From NCBI GenBank assembly GCA_018239815.1, contig JAFEGP010000019.1, forward strand, positions 36,096 through 100,095: a DNA stretch of 64,000 bases. The letters run 5' to 3'. Within the stretch, counting starts at the first letter, position 1; every line of letters starts with the position of its first letter. Below are positions 45,278 through 55,243 of the stretch, piece after piece. Both the position numbers and the translations under genes were made by a program. The notes below the pieces were generated by a model. The model was not told where the DNA came from. It searched no databases and saw only the letters and a program-made list of their open reading frames with translations. The DNA is from Verrucomicrobiota bacterium. Lineage in GTDB: Bacteria > Chlamydiota > Chlamydiia > Chlamydiales > JAAKFR01.

Positions 45278-46276
45278 ATGAGTTTCTTAAAAGCCCTGTC
45301 CGGACAAAATCTTGGCCCCCCTCCCATCTGGCTAATGCGTCAAGCTGGTCGATATCTGCCTACCTACCGTGCTTTAAAACAGCAGCGTTCTCTCTATGAC
45401 ATGTTTCATGACCCTCAAACAATTGTCACCGTAACAAAACTACCTTTTGAAACTTTAGACTTAGATGCTGCAATCTTATTTAGTGATATTTTAACTGTCT
45501 TAGATGGTCTAGGCGTTCCTTATACTTTTCAAGAGCAGGTAGGTCCTGTGATTGAGTTTCAGGACTTTTCTCTTAAAAAACATGCCTATCAACATATTCA
45601 AGAAGGAATAGATCTATTAAAAGACCAACTGTCTGTCCCTTTAATAGGTTTTGCAGGAGCTCCTTTCACAATAGCAAGCTATTTAATCGAAGGACGCACA
45701 ACTAAAAATTTTCTAAAAGCCAAACGTTTTTTGTTTGAACAACCTAAAAAATTTGAACATCTTCTTCAACAAGTCACAGAAGAAACATGTCGCTACTTAG
45801 ATGTGCAAATCCAGGCGGGAGTAGATGCCATTCAGATTTTTGATTCCTGGGCTCATCATGTTGCCTATGCCGAATTCACGCGGTTTGTTCTGCCCTATCT
45901 TGATCGAGTTGTTCAACATGTTAAAGCAAGACATTGTCCTGTCATTATTTTTTCCAAAGCAACTAGTCTCTTTGCTGAAGAACTCGCAGCTTTAGAACCT
46001 TCCGCTATAAGCGCTGATTGGAATGCCGATCTTGCCGAAGTGCGACAACGCATTCCTCCCCATATTGCCCTGCAAGGCAATCTTGATCCTGCTGTACTTT
46101 ATGGATCTAAGGAGACGATCCAACAAGCTACAGACCGCATACTTCGTGCCATGGCTGGCAACCCTGGATATATTTTCAATTTAGGACATGGTGTCTTGCC
46201 TGATACCCCTTACGAAAACGTTAAATATCTGGTTGATTATGTCAAACACCACACTATTTTGCCCGTCTCAGCTTGA
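45278..46276 (+). CDS. hemE: Uroporphyrinogen decarboxylase
   Basis: PIWLMRQAGRYLPTYR is the signature motif. ATG at 45278 (MSFLKAL) is preferred over the upstream TTG at 45257. Confidence 0.9.
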   Translation: MSFLKALSGQNLGPPPIWLMRQAGRYLPTYRALKQQRSLYDMFHDPQTIVTVTKLPFETLDLDAAILFSDILTVLDGLGVPYTFQEQVGPVIEFQDFSLKKHAYQHIQEGIDLLKDQLSVPLIGFAGAPFTIASYLIEGRTTKNFLKAKRFLFEQPKKFEHLLQQVTEETCRYLDVQIQAGVDAIQIFDSWAHHVAYAEFTRFVLPYLDRVVQHVKARHCPVIIFSKATSLFAEELAALEPSAISADWNADLAEVRQRIPPHIALQGNLDPAVLYGSKETIQQATDRILRAMAGNPGYIFNLGHGVLPDTPYENVKYLVDYVKHHTILPVSA

Positions 46277-47627
46277 TGCTCAGCTGTTAAATAAGTTGCA
46301 TCAACCCTTACCTCGTTATACCAGCTACCCTACTGCTCCTAATTGGTCTACCCTATCTGAAAGCACCTATGAAAAACACTTAAGAGGCTTATCTTCTCCT
46401 CTTTCTCTTTATCTACATATCCCTTTTTGTCGCTCTATGTGCCTCTACTGTGGATGCAGCGTTATCCTCAATAGACGCCCTGAAAATGAAGAGCGTTATG
46501 TTTCTTATTTAGAAAAAGAAATCAATTTGGTCTCTCAACTGCTGAGACAACGCATGGAAGTGCACCAGATACATTTCGGAGGAGGCACACCTACTCAGCT
46601 TTCTGCCCCCTTATTACAACGCATTATTACGTTATTACATACAACATTTTCCTTAGAAAAAATCAAAGAACTCGCTATTGAAATCGACCCTCGTACCGTT
46701 ATAGAAGATAAGGGAGCTAAACTCAAATTTCTGAAAGAATTAGGATTTAATCGTATCAGCTTTGGAGTGCAGGATACTGATGCTAAAGTTCAAGCTGCAA
46801 TCTTAAGAAGACAGAGTCGAGATACAACATTTTATACTTATCATCTTGCACGTGAGCTTGGATTTTCTCATATCAATATTGATTTGATTTATGGTTTGCC
46901 TCATCAAACAAAAGCTAGCTTTCGACAAACTATCGAGGATATTTTAAGCATGAGGCCTGATCGTATCAGCCTATTTTCTTACGCTAAAATCCCCTGGCTT
47001 AAACCTCATCAACGAGCTATTAAAGCTTACACACTACCTTCAACCGAAGAAAAACTACAAATTTATGCTCTATCAAGAGAAACTCTGATTCAAAAAGGTT
47101 ACCTTGCAATCGGTATGGATCACTTTGCTCTTGAGACAGATGAAATGGCTCAAGCTTATCACAACAAAACTCTGTGCCGTAATTTCCAAGGATACACTGT
47201 TGAGATGGCTCCTAATATGATTGGATTTGGTGTCACGGCCATTGGCTTAGTCAATAATTGTTATGCTCAAAATCTTAAAGACCTACCCTCTTATTACGCT
47301 ACTCTTGATCAAGGACATTTACCTGTAACGCGCGGCAAAGAACTCTCTAAAGAAGACCTGTTGCATAAGTGGGTCATTCACACCTTAATGTGTCGCTTTG
47401 AAATCGACAAAAAAGAATTTTTTTCGCGCTTTGGAGTTGCTTTTGACACTTATTTTTCTTCGATCCAGGACCGCCTGAATGACTTTGAAAGAGATGGTCT
47501 TTTAATTCAGCATCCAGACAAGCTTCTTGCTACATCTTTAGGCGAGTTATTTGTACGCAACCTCGCTACAACATTTGATGCCTATTTACAACAAGCTCCT
47601 TCTACCCAATTTTCGCAGTCTATATGA
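46239..47627 (+). CDS. hemN: Oxygen-independent coproporphyrinogen-III oxidase (radical SAM)
   Basis: PRYTSYPTAP, YLHIPFCRSMCLYCGC (CxxxCxxC) and HFGGGTP. ATG at 46239 overlaps the end of hemE. Confidence 0.9.
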   Translation: MSNTTLFCPSQLDAQLLNKLHQPLPRYTSYPTAPNWSTLSESTYEKHLRGLSSPLSLYLHIPFCRSMCLYCGCSVILNRRPENEERYVSYLEKEINLVSQLLRQRMEVHQIHFGGGTPTQLSAPLLQRIITLLHTTFSLEKIKELAIEIDPRTVIEDKGAKLKFLKELGFNRISFGVQDTDAKVQAAILRRQSRDTTFYTYHLARELGFSHINIDLIYGLPHQTKASFRQTIEDILSMRPDRISLFSYAKIPWLKPHQRAIKAYTLPSTEEKLQIYALSRETLIQKGYLAIGMDHFALETDEMAQAYHNKTLCRNFQGYTVEMAPNMIGFGVTAIGLVNNCYAQNLKDLPSYYATLDQGHLPVTRGKELSKEDLLHKWVIHTLMCRFEIDKKEFFSRFGVAFDTYFSSIQDRLNDFERDGLLIQHPDKLLATSLGELFVRNLATTFDAYLQQAPSTQFSQSI

Positions 47628-48847
47628 AGCGCATTGTTGTCTTAGGAGGAGGACTTGCAGGGCTTGCTACAGCGCATTTTTTTAGTCAACAAGCTCATGT
47701 CACTTTGGTTGAAAAAACAGCGCGCTTAGGCGGCTGGGTTCATTCTATACATCAAAACAACTATCTATTTGAATGTGGACCGCGCGGATTTAGACCTATA
47801 GGGAAAGGTCTAAAAACTCTAGCTTTAGCAAAAAAATTGGGCCTTGAGCCCATTGCTGCAAGTCATACTTCCAAAGTGCGCTATCTTTTGAAAAATGGGC
47901 GTTTGCAACCTGTAAATCTCCGGTTTTTATTGCGACATGGTTTATTACAAGGTTGTGTGCGTGATCTTTTTAATCGTCCTAGTTTTCAAGAAGATGAAAC
48001 CCTTGAAATGTTTTTTAACCGTCATCTAGGGGCACACTTTACTAAGACATTTGTAGATCCCTTAACACGAGGCATTTTTGCAGGCAATTACCAGCATTTA
48101 TCAGCTCGTTCTTGCTGTCCACAATTATGGCAAATGGATCAACTCTTCGGCTCTTTGCTTTTGGGTCGTTTTAAGAAAAAATCTTCTTCTAAACCATGTG
48201 CAAGCTTACTTTCCTTCTCTGATGGAATGGAAACTTTGGTACAACGCCTAGCTCAAAGTCCCATAGAAATTCGGCTTAATTCGGCTGTGCTAGCTTTGGA
48301 AGCTCATCATGTGCATTTAGAAAAAGAAACCCTCAAAGCAGATATGATTATTTCAGCTTTACCTGCTCATGCTTTATGCCCCTTGTTAGGATTAAAAGAC
48401 CCTCATCTTTATGCAACGATTTCAACAGTGAATTTTGGATGGGATCAACCGGTGTTACCTAAAAGAGGATATGGATTTCTTGTCCCTTCTTATGAACCTG
48501 CACCTATTATGGGAATGACATGGGATAGTGAAATCTTCCCTCAACAAATGGGATTAACACGCACCTGCACAATGATTGCCGGCTCCTTACCTGAGAAGGA
48601 ACTCATCGCTCATGCTCGTCAGGCCATGCAGCATTTTTGCCAAGTTGACCAAGAACCTCAGGTCACCTATGTTGCAACAGCCCACCAAGCCATTGCTCAA
48701 TACGGGTTAGGACATCATGCATGGCTACGTACCCTTTCTCAACATTTACCTAAAAACATGTATGCCTTAGGCAGTAGTTTAACAGGTGTGGGGATCAACG
48801 ATTGCATCTGTGCTGCTTCCGATCTGTATGAGAGTCTCTATTCCTAA
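47624..48847 (+). CDS. hemY: FAD-dependent protoporphyrinogen oxidase
   Basis: 407 aa. N-terminal dinucleotide fold RIVVLGGGLAGLATA...VTLVEKTARLGG. It completes a hemE-hemN-hemY cluster. Confidence 0.8.
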   Translation: MKRIVVLGGGLAGLATAHFFSQQAHVTLVEKTARLGGWVHSIHQNNYLFECGPRGFRPIGKGLKTLALAKKLGLEPIAASHTSKVRYLLKNGRLQPVNLRFLLRHGLLQGCVRDLFNRPSFQEDETLEMFFNRHLGAHFTKTFVDPLTRGIFAGNYQHLSARSCCPQLWQMDQLFGSLLLGRFKKKSSSKPCASLLSFSDGMETLVQRLAQSPIEIRLNSAVLALEAHHVHLEKETLKADMIISALPAHALCPLLGLKDPHLYATISTVNFGWDQPVLPKRGYGFLVPSYEPAPIMGMTWDSEIFPQQMGLTRTCTMIAGSLPEKELIAHARQAMQHFCQVDQEPQVTYVATAHQAIAQYGLGHHAWLRTLSQHLPKNMYALGSSLTGVGINDCICAASDLYESLYS

Positions 48848-50221
48848 TTAATGGGATACATGCCGAGGCGCGCCTCGTAGCAAAAGCGTTGTGGCTGTAC
48901 CGATCGATGCTAAAATAAGGGCTACCCAACACACGGCTATAAAACCATCTGCTTGTGTTCCACTTGGTGTTTCATAGTTGCTATAATACACAGTTGTCAT
49001 GACAGCAACTCCCAAAACTGATGCCAATTGACGTAAAGCTGTCATGACTGCAGCACCTGTGCCCAACCGATTCTGGGGAATCGATGACAGGCCTAACGCT
49101 ACGGTGGGAGACATCACTAAAGGCAACCCCGCTCCAAAAGCAAAAAGTCCAGGCAAAAATGTAAAGACATTGGTGCTATGAGCTGATTTGATAACCCAAA
49201 TCAAACAAAATAACACAAGAAGATGACCTATAGTAATAGGCCAACGATGACCATAACGATCACCTAGCCACCCTCCCACAGGTGCCATCACAGCAACAGG
49301 TAGAGCCGACACAACAATGAGCACACCGATCTCTATAGGAGAATAAGAAAGTCCTTTTTCAAAGAACACCACCCACATCACTGCAACAGTAATGACCATA
49401 TACAGCAGAAAACGTACGACATTTGTAGCAGCAAATAGACGGGATTGGAAAAGGCGTAGATCAATAAGAGGGTGCGGTATTTTTAAAGAAAACCATACAA
49501 AAGCGGCTAGCAGAAGAGGTCCCAATATTAGGCATACAAGCACGGTAGTCGAGGCCCAGCCAAAGCTATGGCTCTGCATGAGTCCATAAATGAGAAGGAA
49601 AACCCCTAAACTCATTAAGGTTGTACTGATATAAGGGAAGGGAGCGTTTTGCTTTTTGCCTTTTTGTAATAAATATACTCCCATGACCAATCCAAAGAGG
49701 ACAAAGGGGACGTTAAACCAAAAGATCAAACGCCAACTCAGATATTGTGTAAACGCTCCCCCTAAAACAGGACCTAACATCATAAATAAAGAAGCCACAC
49801 CTGTATCAATACCTAAAGCACGAGCTCGTTGATGAACAGGGAACGTTGCAATGATCAAAGAAAGTGTAGCTGGATTGGTCAGCGCACTACCTAACCCCAT
49901 GACAGAGCGCGCTAAAATTAACAAAGCATCACTTTGACTCAGAGCAGCTGTCACAGACCCTATCCCAAATAAAGACATGCCAACTAAATATAAAATGCGG
50001 TAACCAAAAATCTCTGCTAAACGCCCTCCTACCAAAAGAAACATGGTAAAAGAAAGCAAATAAGCATTGATCACCCACATACCTTGTAAATTGCTTAAAT
50101 CTAATTGTTTCTCTATCACAGGTAATGAAACAGGTAAAATTGTACTGTCCATTAAAAATAGAGACGTAGCAGTTGTTGTAACAAACAATATCCACCACTT
50201 GCGACTAGCATTTTTTAGCAT
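48848..50221 (-). CDS. MFS transporter (14-TM drug:H+ antiporter DHA2/EmrB-like)
   Basis: 457 aa, about 14 hydrophobic helices. MFS motif A-like GGRLAEIFGYR and GWLGDRYGHR. Confidence 0.85.
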   Translation of the reverse strand: MLKNASRKWWILFVTTTATSLFLMDSTILPVSLPVIEKQLDLSNLQGMWVINAYLLSFTMFLLVGGRLAEIFGYRILYLVGMSLFGIGSVTAALSQSDALLILARSVMGLGSALTNPATLSLIIATFPVHQRARALGIDTGVASLFMMLGPVLGGAFTQYLSWRLIFWFNVPFVLFGLVMGVYLLQKGKKQNAPFPYISTTLMSLGVFLLIYGLMQSHSFGWASTTVLVCLILGPLLLAAFVWFSLKIPHPLIDLRLFQSRLFAATNVVRFLLYMVITVAVMWVVFFEKGLSYSPIEIGVLIVVSALPVAVMAPVGGWLGDRYGHRWPITIGHLLVLFCLIWVIKSAHSTNVFTFLPGLFAFGAGLPLVMSPTVALGLSSIPQNRLGTGAAVMTALRQLASVLGVAVMTTVYYSNYETPSGTQADGFIAVCWVALILASIGTATTLLLRGAPRHVSH

Positions 50222-51842
50222 ATCCTGGCTCCCAACCTTGCACGATAGGGAAACGACGACCTGCTGTAAAAGCTTTGGGTGTAACGCGTAATCCTATCGG
50301 GGCTTGTCTGCGTTTATATTCATTACAATGTATGCACTCAATGAGCATCTGAACCAGCTGCCGATCATAGCCCCGTTTGGCTATAATTTGCTCTAAGCCA
50401 AGATGTTCTTCTACATAATCTTCCAATACTGAATCCACAATAGCATAGTCTGGCAGAGAGTCACTATCTTTTTGATAGGGACGCAGCTCAGCGGACGGGG
50501 GTCTTGTTAGAACTGTTGGAGGGATGATGGGTTGTTTAGCATTGATCCAGGCAGCTAACTCATAGATGGAACGTTTAGTTACATCACTTAATACACTTAA
50601 TCCTCCACACATGTCACCATAGAGTGTCATGTAACCCATAGCCATTTCACTTTTATTCCCACACGTTAAAACCACAGACCCCAATTTATTAGAAAAAGCC
50701 ATCAGAATCATACCACGGATTCTCGCTTGCAGATTTTCTTCTGTCGTATCGGGAGAATGAGACTCCCAAAAAGGATCTAATAAATCTAAATAACTTTTAA
50801 AGGGAGTTTCAATAGGAACTGTGTGTAGAGGGATTTGTAAATTCTTAGCAAGTTCAATAGCATCTTGTAATGTCTCTTTAGAGGTGTAACGAGAAGGCAT
50901 TGTAAGAGCAACGACATTATGAGCTCCAAGGGCTTCTTTTGCGACACAGGCTACAACAGCAGAGTCTATTCCACCTGATAACCCCAAAACAGCTTGTTTA
51001 AAGCCTTGTTTATGAAAGTAATCTCTTACACCTAAAACAAGAGCATCAAATAACATACCAGCCGATATTTCTGGCAAAGAAATGGGAGTGGAAGATTGCA
51101 CAAGTTCATGAATAAAAAAATCTTCCTGAAACCCTTTTCCTAATCTAATAAGGTTGCCTTCCTTATCCGTAATAAAGCTATAACCATCGAAAACAAGACT
51201 GTCATTTCCCCCCACTTGATTGCAATAAACAAGAGGAGCTTTGACCTTACAAGCTGCTTTAGCAACAATTTCCTTTCTTACCGATAAGCGCCCCTGGTAA
51301 TAAGGAGATGCTGATAAGTTGAATAGATATTGCGGTTTTAAAGCAGCTAGATGCTCAAGGGGATCGAGAGGATACTCAGATGCATACCAAATATCTTCGC
51401 AGACAGTGACTCCCACATTGCATCCGCAGATCTTCCATATACGCTGACTCTGAGCAGGAGCAAAATATCGTCGTTCAAAAAAAACATCATACTCAGCCAG
51501 CAAAGTTTTATCTTGAAAACCTAATAACTCACCATCCTGGAGAATGGCTACGCTATTAAACAGGGGTTTAGCTCCCCCCTGAGGATTGGAACGCACTGTG
51601 CCAATAAGTGCAGCAATGCCCTGACTTTGCGCTACAATACGCTCAAGCTGTCGTTGCATAGCTTGTATAAAATTAGGTAGTAACAGCAAATCTTCTGGAG
51701 GATATCCACATAAAGCAAGCTCTGGGAAAATGACAAGATCAGCGCCCTGTTGTTTAGCTTGTGCTAAAGCTAAAATCATCCTATCTGCATTATGCTCTAA
51801 GGCCCCAATCACAGGATTCATCTGAGCAACAGCAACTTGCAC
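50205..51842 (-). CDS. nadE: Glutamine-dependent NAD+ synthetase (nitrilase domain + NAD synthetase domain)
   Basis: 545 aa. N-terminal CN-hydrolase domain (LVIFPELALCGYPPEDL, CEDIW) plus a C-terminal N-type ATP pyrophosphatase (GLSGGIDSAV). Confidence 0.9.
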   Translation of the reverse strand: MQVAVAQMNPVIGALEHNADRMILALAQAKQQGADLVIFPELALCGYPPEDLLLLPNFIQAMQRQLERIVAQSQGIAALIGTVRSNPQGGAKPLFNSVAILQDGELLGFQDKTLLAEYDVFFERRYFAPAQSQRIWKICGCNVGVTVCEDIWYASEYPLDPLEHLAALKPQYLFNLSASPYYQGRLSVRKEIVAKAACKVKAPLVYCNQVGGNDSLVFDGYSFITDKEGNLIRLGKGFQEDFFIHELVQSSTPISLPEISAGMLFDALVLGVRDYFHKQGFKQAVLGLSGGIDSAVVACVAKEALGAHNVVALTMPSRYTSKETLQDAIELAKNLQIPLHTVPIETPFKSYLDLLDPFWESHSPDTTEENLQARIRGMILMAFSNKLGSVVLTCGNKSEMAMGYMTLYGDMCGGLSVLSDVTKRSIYELAAWINAKQPIIPPTVLTRPPSAELRPYQKDSDSLPDYAIVDSVLEDYVEEHLGLEQIIAKRGYDRQLVQMLIECIHCNEYKRRQAPIGLRVTPKAFTAGRRFPIVQGWEPGYAKKC

Positions 51843-51874
51843 TTTTATCTCCTTTAGCTACAGGCTAATTGGGC

Positions 51875-52627
51875 TCACCATAGCCTTTTCCCTTCATGTT
51901 GTAAAAGTAATTGATGAGCCTCTTCATCCGAAAGAAAATGAGGGAGGAACTTAGCTTGAATTTCTGCAATCCTAGGATCATAGGATTGTACACGCACATC
52001 CGTTGCACTTAAGCGGATGCCGATATAATCCATGTCGAATGGATCCAGTCCTCTTTTGACATCTTCTATTTGACTTACTTTATCATCCACAAAAATGACA
52101 CGTTGAGGAGCTAAATTGTTCTTGGTTATGAAGTTTTTCAATGTTTCACTTTTTTTATTTTGCACACCACAAAATAAAATCCCTTGCTCATAGACAGCAG
52201 GATGTTGCAGTTCAATCTGCTGATTGGGATAGAGATGATCAAAGCTAATCCCAAACTGACTTAATTGTGGATGTGTATAACAAGCCTCATCGGGATGGCG
52301 CGCTGTCAATCCCAAAATAAAATGCCCTTTTTGACGTATAAATTCCATCATAGCAGGGATCTTCTCATCGACCAACCGCATGGGAATAACAGGCAAAATC
52401 TTCTGAATCCAAAACTCATGTAAAAGCCTATTGGCTTGATCAGGAGATTGACCTTCTTGGATTAACTTCTGTTGATAGTCCTCCCCCCATTGAACAGAAC
52501 CAAAATGCTGACACGCTTCGATAAGAGTGTTATCTACGTCAAACAGAATTAGCGTATTGGCAGATAAATGTTTAACGATTTCTTCAAAAGATTTTGTCTC
52601 TATGATTTTTTTAACTGCAGAAGACAT
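51875..52627 (-). CDS. HAD-like hydrolase-fold protein of unknown function (DUF2608-like)
   Basis: LILFDVDNTLIE (DxDxT) near the N-terminus and VIFVDDK near the C-terminus. ATG at 52627 (MSSAVKK) follows AAGGTG. Confidence 0.6.
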   Translation of the reverse strand: MSSAVKKIIETKSFEEIVKHLSANTLILFDVDNTLIEACQHFGSVQWGEDYQQKLIQEGQSPDQANRLLHEFWIQKILPVIPMRLVDEKIPAMMEFIRQKGHFILGLTARHPDEACYTHPQLSQFGISFDHLYPNQQIELQHPAVYEQGILFCGVQNKKSETLKNFITKNNLAPQRVIFVDDKVSQIEDVKRGLDPFDMDYIGIRLSATDVRVQSYDPRIAEIQAKFLPHFLSDEEAHQLLLQHEGKRLW

Positions 52628-52863
52628 ACACACCTTTTTTAAAATGAAACTGAGTAATGGGGCTCCTATCATTGCTGCAAAACCCAGTTTGCACCTTACA
52701 ACTCACCGCTGAAAAGGTCTGTTTGACGGAGCCTATGATAAAACCAAGCGATTGCTAAGCAGGAATACAACAATATCAGCTTTTTAGTCTTTTTCTCAGT
52801 ATTTTCCTATAAGTGCTTGCTAAAGAAAGCTTCAAAACTTTTCTTTTTCGTCTATTTTCTTAA

Positions 52864-52892
52864 TTGAAAAAGAGCTTTTTTTTTGCTAAAGT
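52864..52892 (+). promoter_or_regulatory. Putative promoter of htpG
   Basis: TTGAAA (52864-52869), 17 nt (contains T9), TAAAGT (52887-52892), about 37 nt upstream of the ATG. Confidence 0.25.
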
Positions 52893-52928
52893 TTGTCTCC
52901 TTATACATTAAAAAAATGGAGAGTTCTG

Positions 52929-54728
52929 ATGACGCAGGGACAATTGAAAATTCATAGCGAAAATATTTTACCTATCATCAAACAGTGGCTCTATTCTTCC
53001 AAAGATATTTTTTTAAGAGAGCTTGTGTCTAATGCCTGTGATGCTCTAACAAAATTTGCTCGTCTTTGTGAAGAAGCTGACCGTGAAAACTTCCGTATTG
53101 ATGTGAAGGTGGATACAGAAAACAGAAGGATTACGATTTCAGATAATGGCATTGGCATGACAGGGCAAGAAGTAGAAACTTACATTGCACAAATTGCCTT
53201 TTCGGGAGCTGAGGAGTTTTTAAAAAAATATGAAACTCATCAGGAACAGGATCAGGTTATCGGTCATTTTGGGTTAGGCTTCTATTCTGCTTACATGGTA
53301 GCAAGTCTTGTGACGATTCAAACTTTTTCCTATCAGCAGGGAGCTGAGCCGGTATGTTGGAGTTGCGACGGATCTTCTATTTATCATCTAGAACCCGGTA
53401 CTCGACAAGAAAGAGGCACGGATATCATTTTGCAACTGGCTGCTGATGAAGATGAATATCTAGATCACAAACGTCTTAGCGATATTCTGCACCACTACTG
53501 CGCGTTTTTACCTCATCCTATTTACTTAAATGGCACGCGTATCAATGATCAACCACCTCTTTGGCTCAAGGCTCCTTCAGAATGTACGAACCAAGAATAT
53601 CTCGCTTTTTACCGCAAACTGTTCCCTTTAGATGCTGAGCCTTTATTTTGGATTCATCTCAATGTTGATTATCCTTTTAATCTTAAGGGAATTCTTTATT
53701 TTCCTCATGTTGCTCAAGAACGGGATTTTAAAAAAGACTCTATTAAATTGTTTTGCAATCGAGTTTTTGTTGCGGATCACTGTCAAGATGTCTTACCGGA
53801 ATACTTAACTGTCCTAAGAGGTGCTATTGATAGCCCTGACATTCCTTTGAATGTCTCACGCAGCACTTTGCAACTGGATCGAACTGTTCGCCAGTTAGGA
53901 CAGCATATTTGCAAAAAAGTAGCGGATCGCTTGTGTAGTCTTTACAAAGAAGAATGCTCTCGCTTCCTTGAAATTTGGGCAGATCTTGAGCTTGTTATCA
54001 AATTTGGTCTGTTACAAGACGAGAAGTTCTATGATCGCGTGAAAGAGTGTGTGATTTGGAAACAGGCCAATGGAGAGTGGGCCACCTTAGAAGATTTGTT
54101 AGCTGGGAAGGAAGAGAAAAAACTTTATTATGCTTCCTATGATATGGAACATCATGACCTACTCAAGCTTTATAAAGAAAAAGGTCTGCCTGTCTTCTTG
54201 ATTCGAACTCATCATCCTCTTGACTTAGCCGTGTTACATCGTATCGAAGAAAAAACTTCAGCATGCTTTACAAGGATTGATGCTAATCTAGACGAAGCAA
54301 TTCTAGATCCTACTCGAGAAAAAAACCTCCTGGATGCTGAAGGCAAAACAGAAGGAAGCAAAATCGCAACATTTTTCCAAAAACAATTGGGACTAGAAGC
54401 CACACAGGTTGAAGCCAAAAGTTTAGCAAGTCATTCTTTACCAGCTTTATTGATGCAGCAAGAGCAACAACGACGGTTGCAAGAGCAACTTGCTTACCAC
54501 AAACAAACACGCCTGCCCTTCAAACCTACTCTTGTGCTTAACACCAACCATAAGCTTATTCAAGCAATCTACAGCTTAGAGGCCAAACAACCTCAACTTG
54601 CTCAGGATTTAGCCCAACAGGTCTATGATTTAGCTCTATTATCTCAACGGGAAATGGATCCAGACAAACTATCTGGTTTTGTAACTCGCACAACAGAGTT
54701 ATTGGAAAAATTAACCTGCACAAGCTAG
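52929..54728 (+). CDS. htpG: Molecular chaperone HtpG (Hsp90)
   Basis: IFLRELVSNACDAL, ISDNGIGMT and GHFGLGFYSAYMVA make up the GHKL ATPase N-domain. ATG at 52929 follows GGAGAG. Confidence 0.9.
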   Translation: MTQGQLKIHSENILPIIKQWLYSSKDIFLRELVSNACDALTKFARLCEEADRENFRIDVKVDTENRRITISDNGIGMTGQEVETYIAQIAFSGAEEFLKKYETHQEQDQVIGHFGLGFYSAYMVASLVTIQTFSYQQGAEPVCWSCDGSSIYHLEPGTRQERGTDIILQLAADEDEYLDHKRLSDILHHYCAFLPHPIYLNGTRINDQPPLWLKAPSECTNQEYLAFYRKLFPLDAEPLFWIHLNVDYPFNLKGILYFPHVAQERDFKKDSIKLFCNRVFVADHCQDVLPEYLTVLRGAIDSPDIPLNVSRSTLQLDRTVRQLGQHICKKVADRLCSLYKEECSRFLEIWADLELVIKFGLLQDEKFYDRVKECVIWKQANGEWATLEDLLAGKEEKKLYYASYDMEHHDLLKLYKEKGLPVFLIRTHHPLDLAVLHRIEEKTSACFTRIDANLDEAILDPTREKNLLDAEGKTEGSKIATFFQKQLGLEATQVEAKSLASHSLPALLMQQEQQRRLQEQLAYHKQTRLPFKPTLVLNTNHKLIQAIYSLEAKQPQLAQDLAQQVYDLALLSQREMDPDKLSGFVTRTTELLEKLTCTS

Positions 54729-54740
54729 TTGCAAAAAAAT

Positions 54741-54770
54741 AACCTCCTGCGGACTTAACCACAGGAGGTT
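54741..54770 (-). terminator. Terminator hairpin between convergent htpG and yajC
   Basis: AACCTCCTG (54741-54749) pairs with CAGGAGGTT (54762-54770). The T-run is on the minus strand (A7 at 54733-54739), which favours termination of yajC. Confidence 0.65.
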
Positions 54771-54803
54771 TATAAGATCATGCTCTAAATATTAAAGAGA
54801 TAA

Positions 54804-55196
54804 TTAGGTTGCGACAGGGTGCTCTACAGCCTCTTCCTGTTCTTCTTCCTTCATGCTTACTTCAGAGATAGCAGCCTTTAAAAACTCAATTTTGGCGCCA
54901 TCAACCATTTTGACAATGACCGTTTGTTCCTTGATACGATCTACAGTCCCAACAATACCCATTGCCGTGACCTTATCTCCCTTTTTCATGGAACCACGTT
55001 TTTTCTCAATTTCTTTGCGACGCTTATGTTCAGGACGCCAGAGGATAAAATAGAAAAAGACTATGGCGATCCCCACCATAATCAGGGTTTGCCAGATCGA
55101 TCCTCCACGTGCTAATTCCTCTCCCTCAGCAAACAGAGGGGAAGCAGCGAAAAGCACAGCGGGTATCAAAAAAAACTTTGATAAAAAACGTTTCAT
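54804..55196 (-). CDS. yajC: Preprotein translocase subunit YajC
   Basis: 130 aa. TM plus RPEHKRRKEIEKKRGSMKKGDKVTAMGIVGTV is the canonical YajC core. Confidence 0.85.
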   Translation of the reverse strand: MKRFLSKFFLIPAVLFAASPLFAEGEELARGGSIWQTLIMVGIAIVFFYFILWRPEHKRRKEIEKKRGSMKKGDKVTAMGIVGTVDRIKEQTVIVKMVDGAKIEFLKAAISEVSMKEEEQEEAVEHPVAT

Positions 55197-55243
55197 AAGA
55201 CTCCCTCCAAGTTAAATAAAAACTGAACTATGATTATAGCAAA

